Source: an uncultured delta proteobacterium (lineage in GTDB: Bacteria > Desulfobacterota > Syntrophia > Syntrophales > Smithellaceae). From it: a DNA stretch of 64,000 bases. Position 1 is the first letter of the stretch. Each line of letters opens with the position of its first letter. The translations under genes and the position numbers were made by a program. The notes below the pieces were generated by a model. It made no database searches. It was given only the letters and a program-made list of their open reading frames with translations, and was not told the DNA's origin. This document shows, piece by piece, positions 51,027 to 62,286 of the stretch. The stretch spans positions 320,001 to 384,000 of the forward strand of contig CAVWEH010000002.1 of assembly GCA_963753975.1 (NCBI GenBank). The letters are read 5' to 3'.

Positions 51027-51650
51027 TCAGCTTCTCTTCTCTTGCGCCGGAGCGAAGAGTTCCGGATCGGGACGAAAAGCATTCTTAGTGGAAATATGAC
51101 CTTTGATAGATGATAGCTCCTTGCCTTCTATTAATATCTTAACTTTTTTTATGTCCGGGACGTTTTCAGTTATCGAATTGGTTAAGGAATAAATTGTCGC
51201 CATTTCCGCCGTAGAGCCGCCCGGGTGCAGTTTGATCAGATTTTTGTTGAAGTTGACAAAAGCAGTGCCTGTATCATCAAGCTTTACGTCTCTTACGGTA
51301 ACACCGGCGGGAAATGTATTAACCAGCCCTTCTTTCGAACCATCCAGCAGAGCCTTAACAATTTCTTTTGCCTGCAGTGCGGGGTCATCTTCTTTAATCA
51401 CATAACGTTTTTCCGGCATTAAAAATCTTTCCTGCGGGTCGGAAAAATATATTATGGCTATTTGCTTTTCCTTCTTTTTCAGGGAGTCCATATCAACCGG
51501 CGGAAACAAGGCGTCAAATAAAATCACAAAGAAAAAAATCAATAACGCAAATATCGAACCGACGATAATAGAAAAATAAAGAATCCTTGTAGATTTCTTT
51601 CTTTTCCTTCCTTTTGCTTCTTCTGTCCGACGTTGCCGTTTGGTCGTCAT
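51027..51650 (-). CDS. GerMN-domain membrane-anchored protein
   Basis: N-terminal TM, IYFSD, ALLDG, GGSTAE...[15 protein letters not shown]. Confidence 0.85.
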   Translation of the reverse strand: MTTKRQRRTEEAKGRKRKKSTRILYFSIIVGSIFALLIFFFVILFDALFPPVDMDSLKKKEKQIAIIYFSDPQERFLMPEKRYVIKEDDPALQAKEIVKALLDGSKEGLVNTFPAGVTVRDVKLDDTGTAFVNFNKNLIKLHPGGSTAEMATIYSLTNSITENVPDIKKVKILIEGKELSSIKGHISTKNAFRPDPELFAPAQEKRS

Positions 51651-51897
51651 AAAAAATTAACTCCTTAAAAAAACTGCGTCAATCTAGGGTATTTTTACTT
51701 GGCTGTCAAGAAGAACAAAGTATTATTAAATATAGACAATTACTGAATTTCGATTCATTTTTTTTGACTTCTATTTTAGCGTAGCGTACTTTAAATTGAC
51801 GAACAGCAAATACTTTATAAAAATAATAGCCCATGCATTCTCCATATGATGAAACCAAGAACACGTGAGCTATTATGCAAAGTCTTCTATTCCGGAT

Positions 51898-52478
51898 CTA
51901 ATAATTTTCCGCTAAAACCTCATAGTACGACTGTGGGTGTTTACAGGCAGGGCATTCTTTGGGCGCTTCATTCCCTTCATAGACATAACCGCAGTTAAGT
52001 GCAATGCCATTTAACGGCTGCTTTCTTCTTGAATACTTCATTATTTTCGATGTTCTTGATAAGTTTTCTGTATCTCGCCTCATGAAACTTTCTCCACCTT
52101 GGATATTTGTTCAAAAGACCGCGCTACTTCAGGGAAGCCTTCGTTGGCGGCATCTTTGGCAAAATTCGCGTATAGCGTAGTCCACTCCATGTTTTCCCCC
52201 GCCGCTGCCGCTTCCAAATTCTTTTTCGTGTCCGCAATTACTCCTGCGGGGTAGCCGGCCGTAATTACAACATCGCCACCCTCAAGATATTTAAAAAATA
52301 CTTTGGCATGTTCTTTTTCGTTTTCTGCAGTTTCTATAAAGATTCTGGAAATTTGCTCCAAGCCTTCTTTTTTTGCCGCGCTGGCAAAGTAAGTATATCT
52401 GTTTCTCGCCTGCGACTCACCGGCAAATGCAGCCAATAAATTTTTTTCCGTTTTTGTTCCTTTAATTGACTTGCCCAT
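51898..52478 (-). pseudogene. rbr: Rubrerythrin, split by two apparent +1 frameshifts (pseudogene or sequencing error)
   Basis: AFAGESQARNRY, ENEKEHA, then KVEK/FHEARYRKL..KWHC/LNCGYVYEG..CPACKHPQ in shifting frames. Confidence 0.85.
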
Positions 52479-52565
52479 ATTTATTCCAACTCCTTTCATT
52501 TTTATCATTTTTAATTGCTGTTTAATACTTTTTTCGGAATATTCTATAAAATATTTATGAACATC

Positions 52566-53137
52566 TTAACCGATTTCTTTTCCCGACAGAAAAAGCCTGT
52601 CCTAAATATTCGCCCACGCCATGATAAGTTAATGTTTCCGGTCCAAAAATTACCGGCTTTATTTTGGCCATATCAGGCATACCGTCTTTTCCCAGCATGT
52701 TGTCGTCAACTTTAACGTCCATAATCTCAGCTACGAAGTGTGTATGGATGCCTATTTCGGTAGCTGCTTAAAAGCTTACACTCCACAATCATGGGGAATT
52801 CCTGAATGTAGGGGGCATCTATTTTCTCGCTTTTCACCGCCGTGATACGGGCAATAGAAAACTTATCCACTTTTTTCCCCGATACCATGCCGCAATAATC
52901 GGCAATTTTAACCTGCGCGGCAGAAGGAATGTTTACTGTAAAAGCTTTGCGCTCCATAATATTGCCATGCGTATATGTGGCCTTCCTCAAGGAGATTGCC
53001 ACACAAGGGGGCTGGGAACTGCATATTCCTCCCCAAGCTATTGTTGTGGCATTAGGTTTGCCGTTTTTATCATATGTCCCGATAATCCAAACGGGCGTGG
53101 GATAAAGCAGAGTTTTTGCTCCAAAAGATTTTTTCAT
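52566..53137 (-). pseudogene. Flavin reductase (flavoredoxin-like), frameshifted
   Basis: [26 protein letters not shown], then off-frame [15 protein letters not shown]...YLGQAFSVGK. Confidence 0.85.
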
Positions 53138-53354
53138 AATTTCCTCCTCTCTCCTTAATGGGAAGATAAATTTGCTTCTTTGTGTCCAATAATGTAAACT
53201 TAGTCATCAAAATGGCGAAGTCAAATATGGTATAAATGTAATTTTCTTAATCGAACTTATAATGGAAGTGTACGAAAATAACCAAAGTAGTAGTTAAATT
53301 GCCTATTATATAGATCATGTAGAAATATTCAATTATCAGGAGGTTCTTATCATT

Positions 53355-53543
53355 ATGGCCAATATAATGCCGGAAGGAGAAAATATAAAAAAGGCAATCA
53401 AATGGATATCCGGTAGCCTAGAAGAAAAGGACAATCAGCCTTTACCGATTCTCATCGAAAAAGCCGTCTTCAAATTCGACCTGTCTCCAAAAGATGCGGA
53501 TTTTTTAACGGGCTTCTTCGGCAAACGCAAAGCAGAAAAGTAG
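53355..53543 (+). CDS. Small hypothetical protein
   Basis: AGGAGG RBS; PEGE.IKKAIKWIS...A.FKFDLSPKD.FL. Confidence 0.7.
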   Translation: MANIMPEGENIKKAIKWISGSLEEKDNQPLPILIEKAVFKFDLSPKDADFLTGFFGKRKAEK

Positions 53544-53554
53544 TTGTAAAATAA

Positions 53555-54639
53555 TTATAACTTAAAGTCTGCCAGATCAACCTGATCAATTTTATCGGGT
53601 CTCCAGCGGGGCTTATCATCCCTATCGAGAAGTCTCGCTCTTACGCCTTCGAGGTAATCACTGATGACTTTGTTAAAAAACCGGCCGCTTTCAGGTCGGC
53701 AGCAAATACCTCCGGCAATGGTCTCCCTTCATTGTGCCGCAGTAATTTCAAGGTTAAAACAAGCGCCGTCGGGGATCTCTCGGCAATGCTGGCAAAGACT
53801 CCATCGCATAGTTTCTGCTGCTCGTCGCATTTAGTTAAAGAAGCTAAAATATCTTTTAAATCAGCTTTCCCCGCAAAATATTTTGCCACCCAATCATCCA
53901 TATCTTTATTGGCGGGAACATTAAAATCTATAAATTTTGATATTTTCCCGACAATTTCTTGTTTTAAAATATCTTTATTTAATTTTTCTCCTGCATCAAA
54001 TTTTTCCAAAGTTTCTATTAACTCCGGAATATTTCTAGAGTTCATAAAGTGCGTAGCCAAGCCCAGGCGAATACATTCCATCCCGGACATGTCATAACCG
54101 GTGAGACCAAGGTATTCCGGATAGCCCCTGGGGCATTTTGAAAACAGCCAGCCCGTAGCGCCCACGTCCGGGAAAAAGCCTATTTTTGTTTCCGGCATGG
54201 CCATTCGTGTTCTTTCGGTAGCAACGACGACACTTGCGCCCGCCGCAATACCCAGGCCGCCACCCATAGTTATGCCGTCCGCAATGACGACAATTGGTTT
54301 CGGTGAATTGTGAATCATCAGATCGAGAGCATATTCCTTTTTAAAAAATAAATTCACTTCGCCGTACGCCTTATTTTTGACGTTTTTTGTTAATTCCTTG
54401 ATGTCTCCTCCGGCACAAAATCCTCTGCCGCCGCTGCCGTAGAAAAGAATAAAATTACACTTTTTATTGGCAAACTCGTTTTTCAAATAAGCCGCAATAA
54501 CATCAATCATTTTTACATTGAGGCTATTTAATGTATCCGGACGATTAAGGATTATCGATATCATGGATTTGGTGCGACGTGAAATTACCGGCGATAATTT
54601 TTGATTTTCCGTAATTTTTTTGGATTCACCTAAAAGCAT
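53555..54639 (-). CDS. 3-hydroxyisobutyryl-CoA hydrolase-like crotonase, frameshifted near the 3' end
   Basis: LNRP..LNSL, FCAGGDI, GITMGGG, AMPETKIGFFPDVG; off-frame tail DYLEGVRARLLDRDDKPRW ending at 53555. Confidence 0.85.
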
Positions 54640-54672
54640 TTATCTCAATATCGCTAAACGACAAAATGTTTA

Positions 54673-55137
54673 TTATTCGATCTTGGCCATTTCCTCATAA
54701 ATCTTTAACTCTATTATATCAAACAAATCAGTATATTGCTGTTTATTTAAAAGCCGCCGCATCTCCCAGCCCTTTTCGGTTTTCTTCTCTGCTATAACGG
54801 AAAGAAACACTTCACATTCTTTCCAGTTGAGTTTCTTGACATAAGCGCTGCTTCTTATACGCCAATCACCTTTCGTGATAAAATCCGTTTCTACCGTTTC
54901 TTTTTCCTTATTGATCGTAACATTAATACCCATATCATCTTTATCCCTGAAAACACCGGCAATCGCTCGAAGAACAAATTTTTCCTTCGCTTCAAATGTG
55001 TGCCTGTACTCGTCGGGTCGGGAAATAACAACCTGGCCGATCTCCGGACCGCAAGATACCGAATTAATAACATGGAAAATAATTACTAGAAGAAGGACTC
55101 TGCGCCAAACCATAACATTTGCCTCATGATGTTCCAT
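54673..55137 (-). CDS. Hypothetical protein, possible lipoprotein
   Basis: Hydrophobic stretch followed by VSCG; start uncertain. Confidence 0.6.
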   Translation of the reverse strand: MEHHEANVMVWRRVLLLVIIFHVINSVSCGPEIGQVVISRPDEYRHTFEAKEKFVLRAIAGVFRDKDDMGINVTINKEKETVETDFITKGDWRIRSSAYVKKLNWKECEVFLSVIAEKKTEKGWEMRRLLNKQQYTDLFDIIELKIYEEMAKIE

Positions 55138-55141
55138 CGCG

Positions 55142-55717
55142 CTATTTTTTATTTCCATTTACCCACCAGTCGCTTTTTTCCCTAAACCACCAATTAGAAG
55201 AATCCGTTTTTATAATTTCCCCGGCGAGTTTTTTTGCCTCTTTTGTGTTGAGCCTGCGCCTTGCATATTTTATCCACTCATCTGCATATTTATTGCCTAA
55301 ATCACCGTATTCCTTTAGCTGTAAGATAAGAGCAATCTGATCCGCGTCCAAGGCAATCAACGCTTCTTTCGTTTCTTTCCGGTTAAATTCATCAATTATC
55401 TCTTTAATATCGCTGCCGAAAAAAAGGCCTGCGGTCAATTCCCGCACAGCTTTTTCCTCATCGACTTCAACATATTTTTTATTGACATAATTCATATCGC
55501 CTGTGCGGGCTTCCGGCAAATCGTGAAACAAACACATTTTCAATACGCGCAACTCATCGAGCGATTTGTCCATTTTACAAAGACTGTAGCCGACAAATAT
55601 AGTGCGCAAAATATGCTCCGCCACCGATTCTCTGCCGCTGCCCAGGAATTGACAACCGCTGCGCGGCGTCCTATTAAGCATCCCTACTTCAAACAAAAAA
55701 TTCGCAATATTGTCCAT
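55142..55717 (-). CDS. HD-domain phosphohydrolase
   Basis: PRSG..FLG..ESVAEH, FHDLPEARTGD, DAD. Confidence 0.9.
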   Translation of the reverse strand: MDNIANFLFEVGMLNRTPRSGCQFLGSGRESVAEHILRTIFVGYSLCKMDKSLDELRVLKMCLFHDLPEARTGDMNYVNKKYVEVDEEKAVRELTAGLFFGSDIKEIIDEFNRKETKEALIALDADQIALILQLKEYGDLGNKYADEWIKYARRRLNTKEAKKLAGEIIKTDSSNWWFREKSDWWVNGNKK

Positions 55718-55718
55718 T

Positions 55719-55937
55719 TTAGTCCTTCTTCAATATTTTTATTCTGTTGGCCATCATTTCCGCTGTCTTTTTTATCTGTATCTGCAGCGAAGCAATGCTC
55801 TCCGGCCTCATAGCGGCGATCTTATCCAGTTGCGTTTTCCAATGTTCCAAAAGAGCGATTTCATTTTCTTTAATTTTTTTTTCAAAACGTTCCTGATACT
55901 CTTTAATGAATTCATTGGATGAGTCCATTGACGTCAT
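55719..55937 (-). CDS. Small coiled-coil hypothetical protein
   Basis: GGAGG RBS; closely coupled to the HD gene. Confidence 0.65.
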   Translation of the reverse strand: MTSMDSSNEFIKEYQERFEKKIKENEIALLEHWKTQLDKIAAMRPESIASLQIQIKKTAEMMANRIKILKKD

Positions 55938-56084
55938 TGCTTATCCTCCCTTTTTTAAAACTGGGGCATTATATCATTGAAGGTTCATCTTGCAACAAGC
56001 AATTTATAAAATGAAGATTTGACACTGGCGGTCAAATACTATAAAAAGGCTCCACAAAATTTATGAAAACATGGATGAATAAAT

Positions 56085-56954
56085 ATGCCTGATAAACCTA
56101 ATCCCGAGGATATAGCCGGCGGACAAGCTCTAATCGAAGGCGTCATGATGCGACACGGCAATAAAATTGCCGCCGCGGTGAGAAGACCGGATAAAAAAAT
56201 TGTTTTTCAGGAACGCGATTATATCCCCCTGACCAAACGGCACAAATTATTAGGATTGATGTTTATCCGCGGAACGATCACCTTATTCGAAATGATGATC
56301 ATCGGAATAAAATGTCTGATGTTCTCGGCGGAAGTCGCCTTGTCCGAGGAAGAAAGAAAACCAAAAAGCTGGGAAATATCCCTTTCTTTCATTATCAGCT
56401 TCACTATCGCGATTTTTTTCTTTATTGTCGTTCCAGCTTTCTTCTTTACGAAGATAAAATATTTTGTTTCGAATTTAATTCTACTGAACCTTCTGGAGGG
56501 TTGTGTCCGATTGGGAATTTTTCTGCTTTTCCTTTTTTCCACCCTCTTGATGGAAGATATGCGCCGCGTTTTCATGTATCACGGAGCGGAGCACAAAACC
56601 GTCTTTGCCTGGGAACATGGCCGGGAATTGACTCTCGAAAATGTAAAAGATTTTTCCACTCGTCATCCGCGCTGCGGAACAAGCTTTATTCTGTTCGTAA
56701 TGATAGTGTCCATTCTGGTTTTTTCCTTGCTGGGACGTCCGGATTTTTTACATAGAGTTATCTATAAAATTTTGCTTCTTCCCGTTGTTGCCGGTATTTC
56801 TTATGAAGCTATCCGCTTTACCGGGAAAAACAGTCACTGGAAATGGGTGCAATTGCTGAGTTGGCCCGGGCTAATGCTGCAAAAGATTACCACCCGGGAA
56901 CCATCCGATGACCAGATTGAAGTCGCCATCGCTGCAATGAAAAAAGTAATTTGA
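56085..56954 (+). CDS. DUF1385 membrane protein
   Basis: GGQALIEGVMMR, YHGAEHK, HPRCGTSF, QKITTREP. Confidence 0.93.
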   Translation: MPDKPNPEDIAGGQALIEGVMMRHGNKIAAAVRRPDKKIVFQERDYIPLTKRHKLLGLMFIRGTITLFEMMIIGIKCLMFSAEVALSEEERKPKSWEISLSFIISFTIAIFFFIVVPAFFFTKIKYFVSNLILLNLLEGCVRLGIFLLFLFSTLLMEDMRRVFMYHGAEHKTVFAWEHGRELTLENVKDFSTRHPRCGTSFILFVMIVSILVFSLLGRPDFLHRVIYKILLLPVVAGISYEAIRFTGKNSHWKWVQLLSWPGLMLQKITTREPSDDQIEVAIAAMKKVI

Positions 56955-57142
56955 AACCGGCACAAACTCATCAAAATCGAATTTCCCTTATCCAAAATTG
57001 ACTTTTAATCTTCATTGTCACACCAATTTCATCAAAAATAACGCCTTATAAGGGTTTGACTTTTATTATTAATTGAAGTATTTTAATACAAAAATATTAT
57101 ACATTTTTTATCTACTCTCTTAATAATCAGGGGGAAAACGTA

Positions 57143-58885
57143 ATGATTAATCAGTTTATTTTATCATTGCTTGTGATTATTTTTTCAACCTTCTTTTCTT
57201 ACCTGCCGGCGGCGGCAAAAGAAGACACGGCGCAAATTACACTAAAAAAAACGGCCATATCTAAAAAAAATACATATACTTACACCGTAAAGAAGGGTGA
57301 TATTCTTTCGGCTCTTGTGAGAAATATTCCCGGCATTACGGAAGAGGACATTGCTGATAATTACCGGGTCATTCAAGAGCTTAATCCTGATATAGCCGAT
57401 CTCAATAAACTCAAGGTGGGGCAATCCCTTATCCTCCCCGGAAAACCTTTCGCATATTCCGAAGAAAAGAAAATGCAAAGCGCAACCGCAGCTCCCGAAA
57501 CTGCAGTCGCTCCTCCCGCCGTTCCTCCGGCGGCTCAGTATGGCAGCGGCCAGTCTTATAGAATAAAAAAAGGTGATACCTTAATTAGAATTATATACCG
57601 CGAACTAAAATTTAAAACTGACACAAAGAAAATACTTAAAATTATTCAGTCAATGAATCCCAATGTTGTTGATGTCAATAAAATTTATGCCGGAGATACC
57701 ATCAAATTGCCATCTAATGCTGTCTTTTTCCAAGCCGTAAACGAAGCTGGTGCTGCCCAAAAGGAAGAAAAAGTAGTTGAAAAAACTACGGAACAGCCCG
57801 GCAAAATAATCGAAATAAAGGAAAAAATGTCCATGCCGCCTGAGGCGCGCCTTGCCGTTCTTAAACATGTCATCACCCGGATGAATGGCTCATTTACTGC
57901 CACGGGTAATTATTACCTCCCTATCCCGAAAACCGGTCAGGTAACGATCGATTGCTCTAAAATGCCGGTGATCGAATTTGACAACAAGATAACCATATTT
58001 CTTGATTTGGAGAACCGCGCACCCGATAATTTAAAAAAGATTATTAATGATAACTGGACTAACTACTATTTAATTAAAGCTGATAAAAAAGATGATGTCA
58101 TTGCAATTCTTAAAAAAGTTTTCGATGCAACCAAAAATTACAGTATGACCAAAAGAGACAAGCCCATGACCATAGGAAATCTTCCCTCTGTAGAACTTTT
58201 TGTCGACTGGGTAATCGTCAAAACCAACGCAAAAGAAGCACAGGCATTAACGCAGGGATTGCGTATAATTTATGAAAATAATTTACTTTTGCCCAAAGCA
58301 GTTAAAAATTATGCACTGAAGAACGGCGTAATCATTACTGAAATCTCCGAAGAATCCGGCCTGGTCGGAAAACCGGAAGAAATCTATTCTCTGCCGCCAA
58401 TGCCTGTATATCCTACCACATCAGCCAAAGATTTTTCTTACGCGCTCGTTTCCAATTTGGGATTTAATGCCGAAAAGGATGTTGACATCAAAATATTCGA
58501 TACCGCGAAAGACGGAGTTAATCTGTCGATTAAAGCCGATGTTCTGGTAAAAGACGGGAACAAAAAATATGTTATTTTTTCCAAAAACCTGACCCAGCAA
58601 TTCATCACCGTATTGAAACAAGCCGGCAATGAGCTTATCTTTGTCGCCGACAATGAAGCTCCGAAAAATATCATGGAAAAGATTTTACGCGCTTTAAATA
58701 TTACTTTTGCTTCCGGCTACTTTACTTTTTCCGGCATCGATAGAAATCAGGCTCCTTATACTATTAGCTTCGGCGGCACGAAAATTAAGACGGATAAAGA
58801 TTTGTACGTTATCGATTTTGACATCGATCAGGAATTGCGCGGTTTGCTCAGTGAGGTATGGTCGGCAAATATTGCCAGATATTGA
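57143..58885 (+). CDS. Exported protein with two LysM domains
   Basis: Signal peptide; YTVKKGD..LNP..L.VGQ.L.LP and YRIKKGDTL..NP..IYAGD.IKLP. Confidence 0.85.
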   Translation: MINQFILSLLVIIFSTFFSYLPAAAKEDTAQITLKKTAISKKNTYTYTVKKGDILSALVRNIPGITEEDIADNYRVIQELNPDIADLNKLKVGQSLILPGKPFAYSEEKKMQSATAAPETAVAPPAVPPAAQYGSGQSYRIKKGDTLIRIIYRELKFKTDTKKILKIIQSMNPNVVDVNKIYAGDTIKLPSNAVFFQAVNEAGAAQKEEKVVEKTTEQPGKIIEIKEKMSMPPEARLAVLKHVITRMNGSFTATGNYYLPIPKTGQVTIDCSKMPVIEFDNKITIFLDLENRAPDNLKKIINDNWTNYYLIKADKKDDVIAILKKVFDATKNYSMTKRDKPMTIGNLPSVELFVDWVIVKTNAKEAQALTQGLRIIYENNLLLPKAVKNYALKNGVIITEISEESGLVGKPEEIYSLPPMPVYPTTSAKDFSYALVSNLGFNAEKDVDIKIFDTAKDGVNLSIKADVLVKDGNKKYVIFSKNLTQQFITVLKQAGNELIFVADNEAPKNIMEKILRALNITFASGYFTFSGIDRNQAPYTISFGGTKIKTDKDLYVIDFDIDQELRGLLSEVWSANIARY

Positions 58886-58921
58886 TATTTTTGTTTCTGA
58901 ACAAAAAAGGATTTATTTTTG

Positions 58922-58953
58922 GCGCTACGGACTTGTTCTCCGTAGCGCATTTT
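58922..58953 (+). terminator. Intrinsic terminator-like hairpin
   Basis: GCGCTACGGA/TCCGTAGCGC followed by ATTTT. Confidence 0.7.
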
Positions 58954-58988
58954 AGTTTATTTTATAGTTGGGACAATGGAATTTCATT

Positions 58989-59969
58989 ATGGTTAAGGCC
59001 ATCGCCCTTTTTTCCGGCGGCTTGGACAGCATATTGGCGGCAGAGTTAATCCGCAGACAAAACATAGATGTTCGCTGCTTGACGTTTACAACGCCATTTT
59101 TTAACGCACGAAAAGCCGAGGTGGCAGCGAAACGAATAGGTCTGCCGCTGATTGTCAAAGACATAACCGGCATTCATCTCCAGATGCTTAAGTCTCCCCG
59201 GTATGGCTACGGCAAAAATATGAATCCCTGCATCGATTGCCATACACTAATGCTGCAAATAGCCGGCAAAAAAATGGACGAGTCGGGCGCCGATTTTATT
59301 CTGACCGGCGAAGTTCTGGGGCAGCGTCCGATGTCGCAGGGACGACAGTCTCTTTATGTTGTAGCTAAAAACTCCGGCTACGCGGACTATATTCTACGCC
59401 CTCTCAGCGCCCAACTCCTCGAACCTATCCCAGCCGAAAAAGACGGCAAGATCGACCGTTCACGATTGCTTGCTTTTCAAGGGCGCAGCCGTAAGAAGCA
59501 AATTCAATTAGCCGCCGATTTTGGCATCAGCGATTACCCGGCGCCTGCCGGCGGCTGCCTCCTTACCGATCAAATGTTTACGATTCGCCTTCTGGATTTA
59601 TTTTCTCATCAGGAGGACCAGCAAACACGCGACATCGAACTATTGAAATACGGCCGCCATTTCCGCATCGGAACCGGGGGCAAAATTATCGTCGGCCGGA
59701 ATAACATCGATAACGTTGAATTGCAGAGGCTTTCCACGGAGAATGATCTCCTGCTTTTTGTCGCTGATTTTCCCGGACCTCATGTTTTGGTGCCTTACGG
59801 CGATAAATCGGTACTACCAACAGCCGCTTCCCTTTGCGTCCGTTACTCTGATGCGCCCGCCGACATTGAAACCAGGGTAATTTGCCAACATGCCAATGCT
59901 TCAACAGTAATCAATGCCAAAGCGGCAACAAAAGAAGATTGCACACGCTGGATTATTCAGTCTTGCTGA
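58989..59969 (+). CDS. ThiI/MnmA-like PP-loop tRNA thiolation protein
   Basis: SGGLDS, NPCIDCH, TGEVLGQRPMSQ, PAGGCLLT, GRHFR. Confidence 0.85.
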   Translation: MVKAIALFSGGLDSILAAELIRRQNIDVRCLTFTTPFFNARKAEVAAKRIGLPLIVKDITGIHLQMLKSPRYGYGKNMNPCIDCHTLMLQIAGKKMDESGADFILTGEVLGQRPMSQGRQSLYVVAKNSGYADYILRPLSAQLLEPIPAEKDGKIDRSRLLAFQGRSRKKQIQLAADFGISDYPAPAGGCLLTDQMFTIRLLDLFSHQEDQQTRDIELLKYGRHFRIGTGGKIIVGRNNIDNVELQRLSTENDLLLFVADFPGPHVLVPYGDKSVLPTAASLCVRYSDAPADIETRVICQHANASTVINAKAATKEDCTRWIIQSC

Positions 59970-61497
59970 TTTTATTGCCGGTTAGATGCTCCGGACGCAA
60001 AAGATCGTCTACAGTCTTTACGGGATTAAAGACGTAAAGAGGAACCTCTACGAAAACAGTGTTCCAGTGAGCCATGCCGCCGTTCCACAGACCCGGAGCT
60101 TCCAGCGCTTTCAGGCGCCGTCCCCTCTCGTTCTTACTAGTAATTAAATAGGCATCCGGATTTACATAATTATCCAGATTAAATTTTTCCCCGCGATAAT
60201 TCTTTATGCAGCAAACCATATCAACCGGATTAAAATATTTTGCCCCCGACCAAATAGCGGTTTGTTTCGGTTTGTCTTTATCAACGTGCCCGATTTCTAC
60301 AATTTGTCGCGTCTGCGTACCATCTTTTTCATTTACCCAGAAGGTGCTGCCGCCGGGCTCTCCTTTATTTTTTACCACTCCGCAGATGCGCAAAGGGCGA
60401 TTTAGAAAAGAAAACAAAATTTGTTTTTTCCGTTTTCCTGATTCCTGCGAAAAATCCGCCGGAAATACAATATTGAGCGTTCGCGAACAGAAAGCAATTA
60501 TTTTCTCTATATGCGCAAGGTTGAGTTCTCCCTTTTCCAGTCTGCTTAAAAAAGTAAATATTTCTTTTTGAGTTTGCAGAGCCAGACCGCCCAGCAATTT
60601 TTTATACGGAAGAATTTTTTCCAGATATCCTTCCGGCACAACATTATCGATGTTTTTTACAAAAATAAAATCGGCGTTAACACTGCTCAAATTTTTAAGC
60701 AGCGCACCATGCCCGCCGGGGCGGAACAAGAGTCTGCCCCTAGTATCTCGTAGCGGTAAATTATTTTCATCAACAGCAATGGTATTGGAGGCCGGTGACT
60801 GTATGGATAAAGTAATCTTATACTTGACAGCGAACAGATTCTCATATTTTCTTTGCAGCGTTTTTATATGTTTTGCCGTAGCTGCCTTGCATTCGGCAGC
60901 CGCCGTGAAATGAACAAAGCTTAAGTTCCCGGTGCTGCGAATATATTTACCTGCTTCGTAAAGATGTTCCTCGAGTGCTGTTCGTGTATTGTCTGAAGAG
61001 TACCGATGGAAAGGAATTAAAGCCTTAGGCAGCTGCCCGAAATTTAAACCATCGGGAAGTAAAATAAATTCCAACAAATTCTTTATGTTCTTTTGATCAA
61101 AAAACTTTTTCCCCTGTCTATTCCGTTCAATCAGAATAGAAAAAGCCAATTTATTTAATTTTCGGAAAAAGAGACGATCGAGGTCAGGGGATCCGAAACT
61201 GCCTTTTTCGCAAGCAGAAAACCATTCGACAAACATACGGCTTGCTGCGCCGGAAGCCGGCACAAACTTTAACAGTTTATATTTTCCGGCATCATTTTCG
61301 TAAAGGGCAATCAGCTTTTTCTTTTGCGCCGGAGTAACGGAGATGATCCCATCTTTAACTGTACAAGGACGGTTCAAATCGAAAAAAGCGGAACCGCGCC
61401 GGTATATATTCAGTTGCTTATCCACGTCCTGCCGACTCAAGCCCAAGGCTTTGATTTGCCGGATATCGTTCTTCGAAAACAAGTTCATCTCTTCCAT
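59953..61497 (-). CDS. DUF4301 family protein
   Basis: KFVPASGAASRMF, PKALIPFH, FRPGGHGALL, KNIDNV, FNPVD, PGLWNG, FNPVKTV. Confidence 0.92.
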   Translation of the reverse strand: MEEMNLFSKNDIRQIKALGLSRQDVDKQLNIYRRGSAFFDLNRPCTVKDGIISVTPAQKKKLIALYENDAGKYKLLKFVPASGAASRMFVEWFSACEKGSFGSPDLDRLFFRKLNKLAFSILIERNRQGKKFFDQKNIKNLLEFILLPDGLNFGQLPKALIPFHRYSSDNTRTALEEHLYEAGKYIRSTGNLSFVHFTAAAECKAATAKHIKTLQRKYENLFAVKYKITLSIQSPASNTIAVDENNLPLRDTRGRLLFRPGGHGALLKNLSSVNADFIFVKNIDNVVPEGYLEKILPYKKLLGGLALQTQKEIFTFLSRLEKGELNLAHIEKIIAFCSRTLNIVFPADFSQESGKRKKQILFSFLNRPLRICGVVKNKGEPGGSTFWVNEKDGTQTRQIVEIGHVDKDKPKQTAIWSGAKYFNPVDMVCCIKNYRGEKFNLDNYVNPDAYLITSKNERGRRLKALEAPGLWNGGMAHWNTVFVEVPLYVFNPVKTVDDLLRPEHLTGNKISKTE

Positions 61498-61703
61498 ACA
61501 AATATAATATTTAGTAATTCTGGAATAACATCAAGTTTTAACATTGGCAAGAACAAATGCTCTCGGTGCAACTTATGAACTAAAGTATTGATTGTGTCTG
61601 GACGCAGCAAATCTTTCCTATAGTTAACTTTTATATTGCAATAACTAGACAATTAGCATAATTTTCAACAAATTAAGACAAAAAGTATTAAAGGAGAACC
61701 AAC

Positions 61704-62060
61704 ATGAGAAAATTTCTTTTTTGTTTTTTCTTTGCCTTTCTAATATTGTTTTGCGCAACTTTATTAAATGCCGCGGATGATGGTAAAAAGACTATCGACA
61801 AGAGCTTAACATCTGCCGTCGCCGATGACGCCAAAGAAATCAAAAAAGAATTTCATAAAACAAAAGATGAAACCAAAGAGGCAATTGTGCGCGATGTAAA
61901 AACAATTAAAGAGCAAACGCCTAAGGATGTCAAAGAAGTAAAGACCGAGTTTAAAAGAAAATCGAATGCCGCGAAAACCAACACCAAAGAGGAACTCAAA
62001 GAAATTCGCGAAAGCTTGAAAAAACCGATAAAACCGTCAACTACGCAGCAAAAGAAATAA
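61704..62060 (+). CDS. Small exported Lys/Glu-rich helical protein
   Basis: AAGGAG RBS, signal peptide, repeated KE motifs. Confidence 0.7.
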   Translation: MRKFLFCFFFAFLILFCATLLNAADDGKKTIDKSLTSAVADDAKEIKKEFHKTKDETKEAIVRDVKTIKEQTPKDVKEVKTEFKRKSNAAKTNTKEELKEIRESLKKPIKPSTTQQKK

Positions 62061-62286
62061 TCGACTGCTAGCCGGCAATTTCTCATGATTTAGTTCACTA
62101 ATACGACATTTATTCTTCAAATGTAATCGGATTTAAACAAATACTCTCACCCAATTAATATCTTTTCGTATGAATAATTATTATACTACACAGGAGGAAA
62201 AAAGAAAAAATACATAGGGGAAAATCAGGCGGGTTCCGGAATGTCGGGATATTCTTCATTCCCGGTAAGACACTAAAGCGAAGTCT

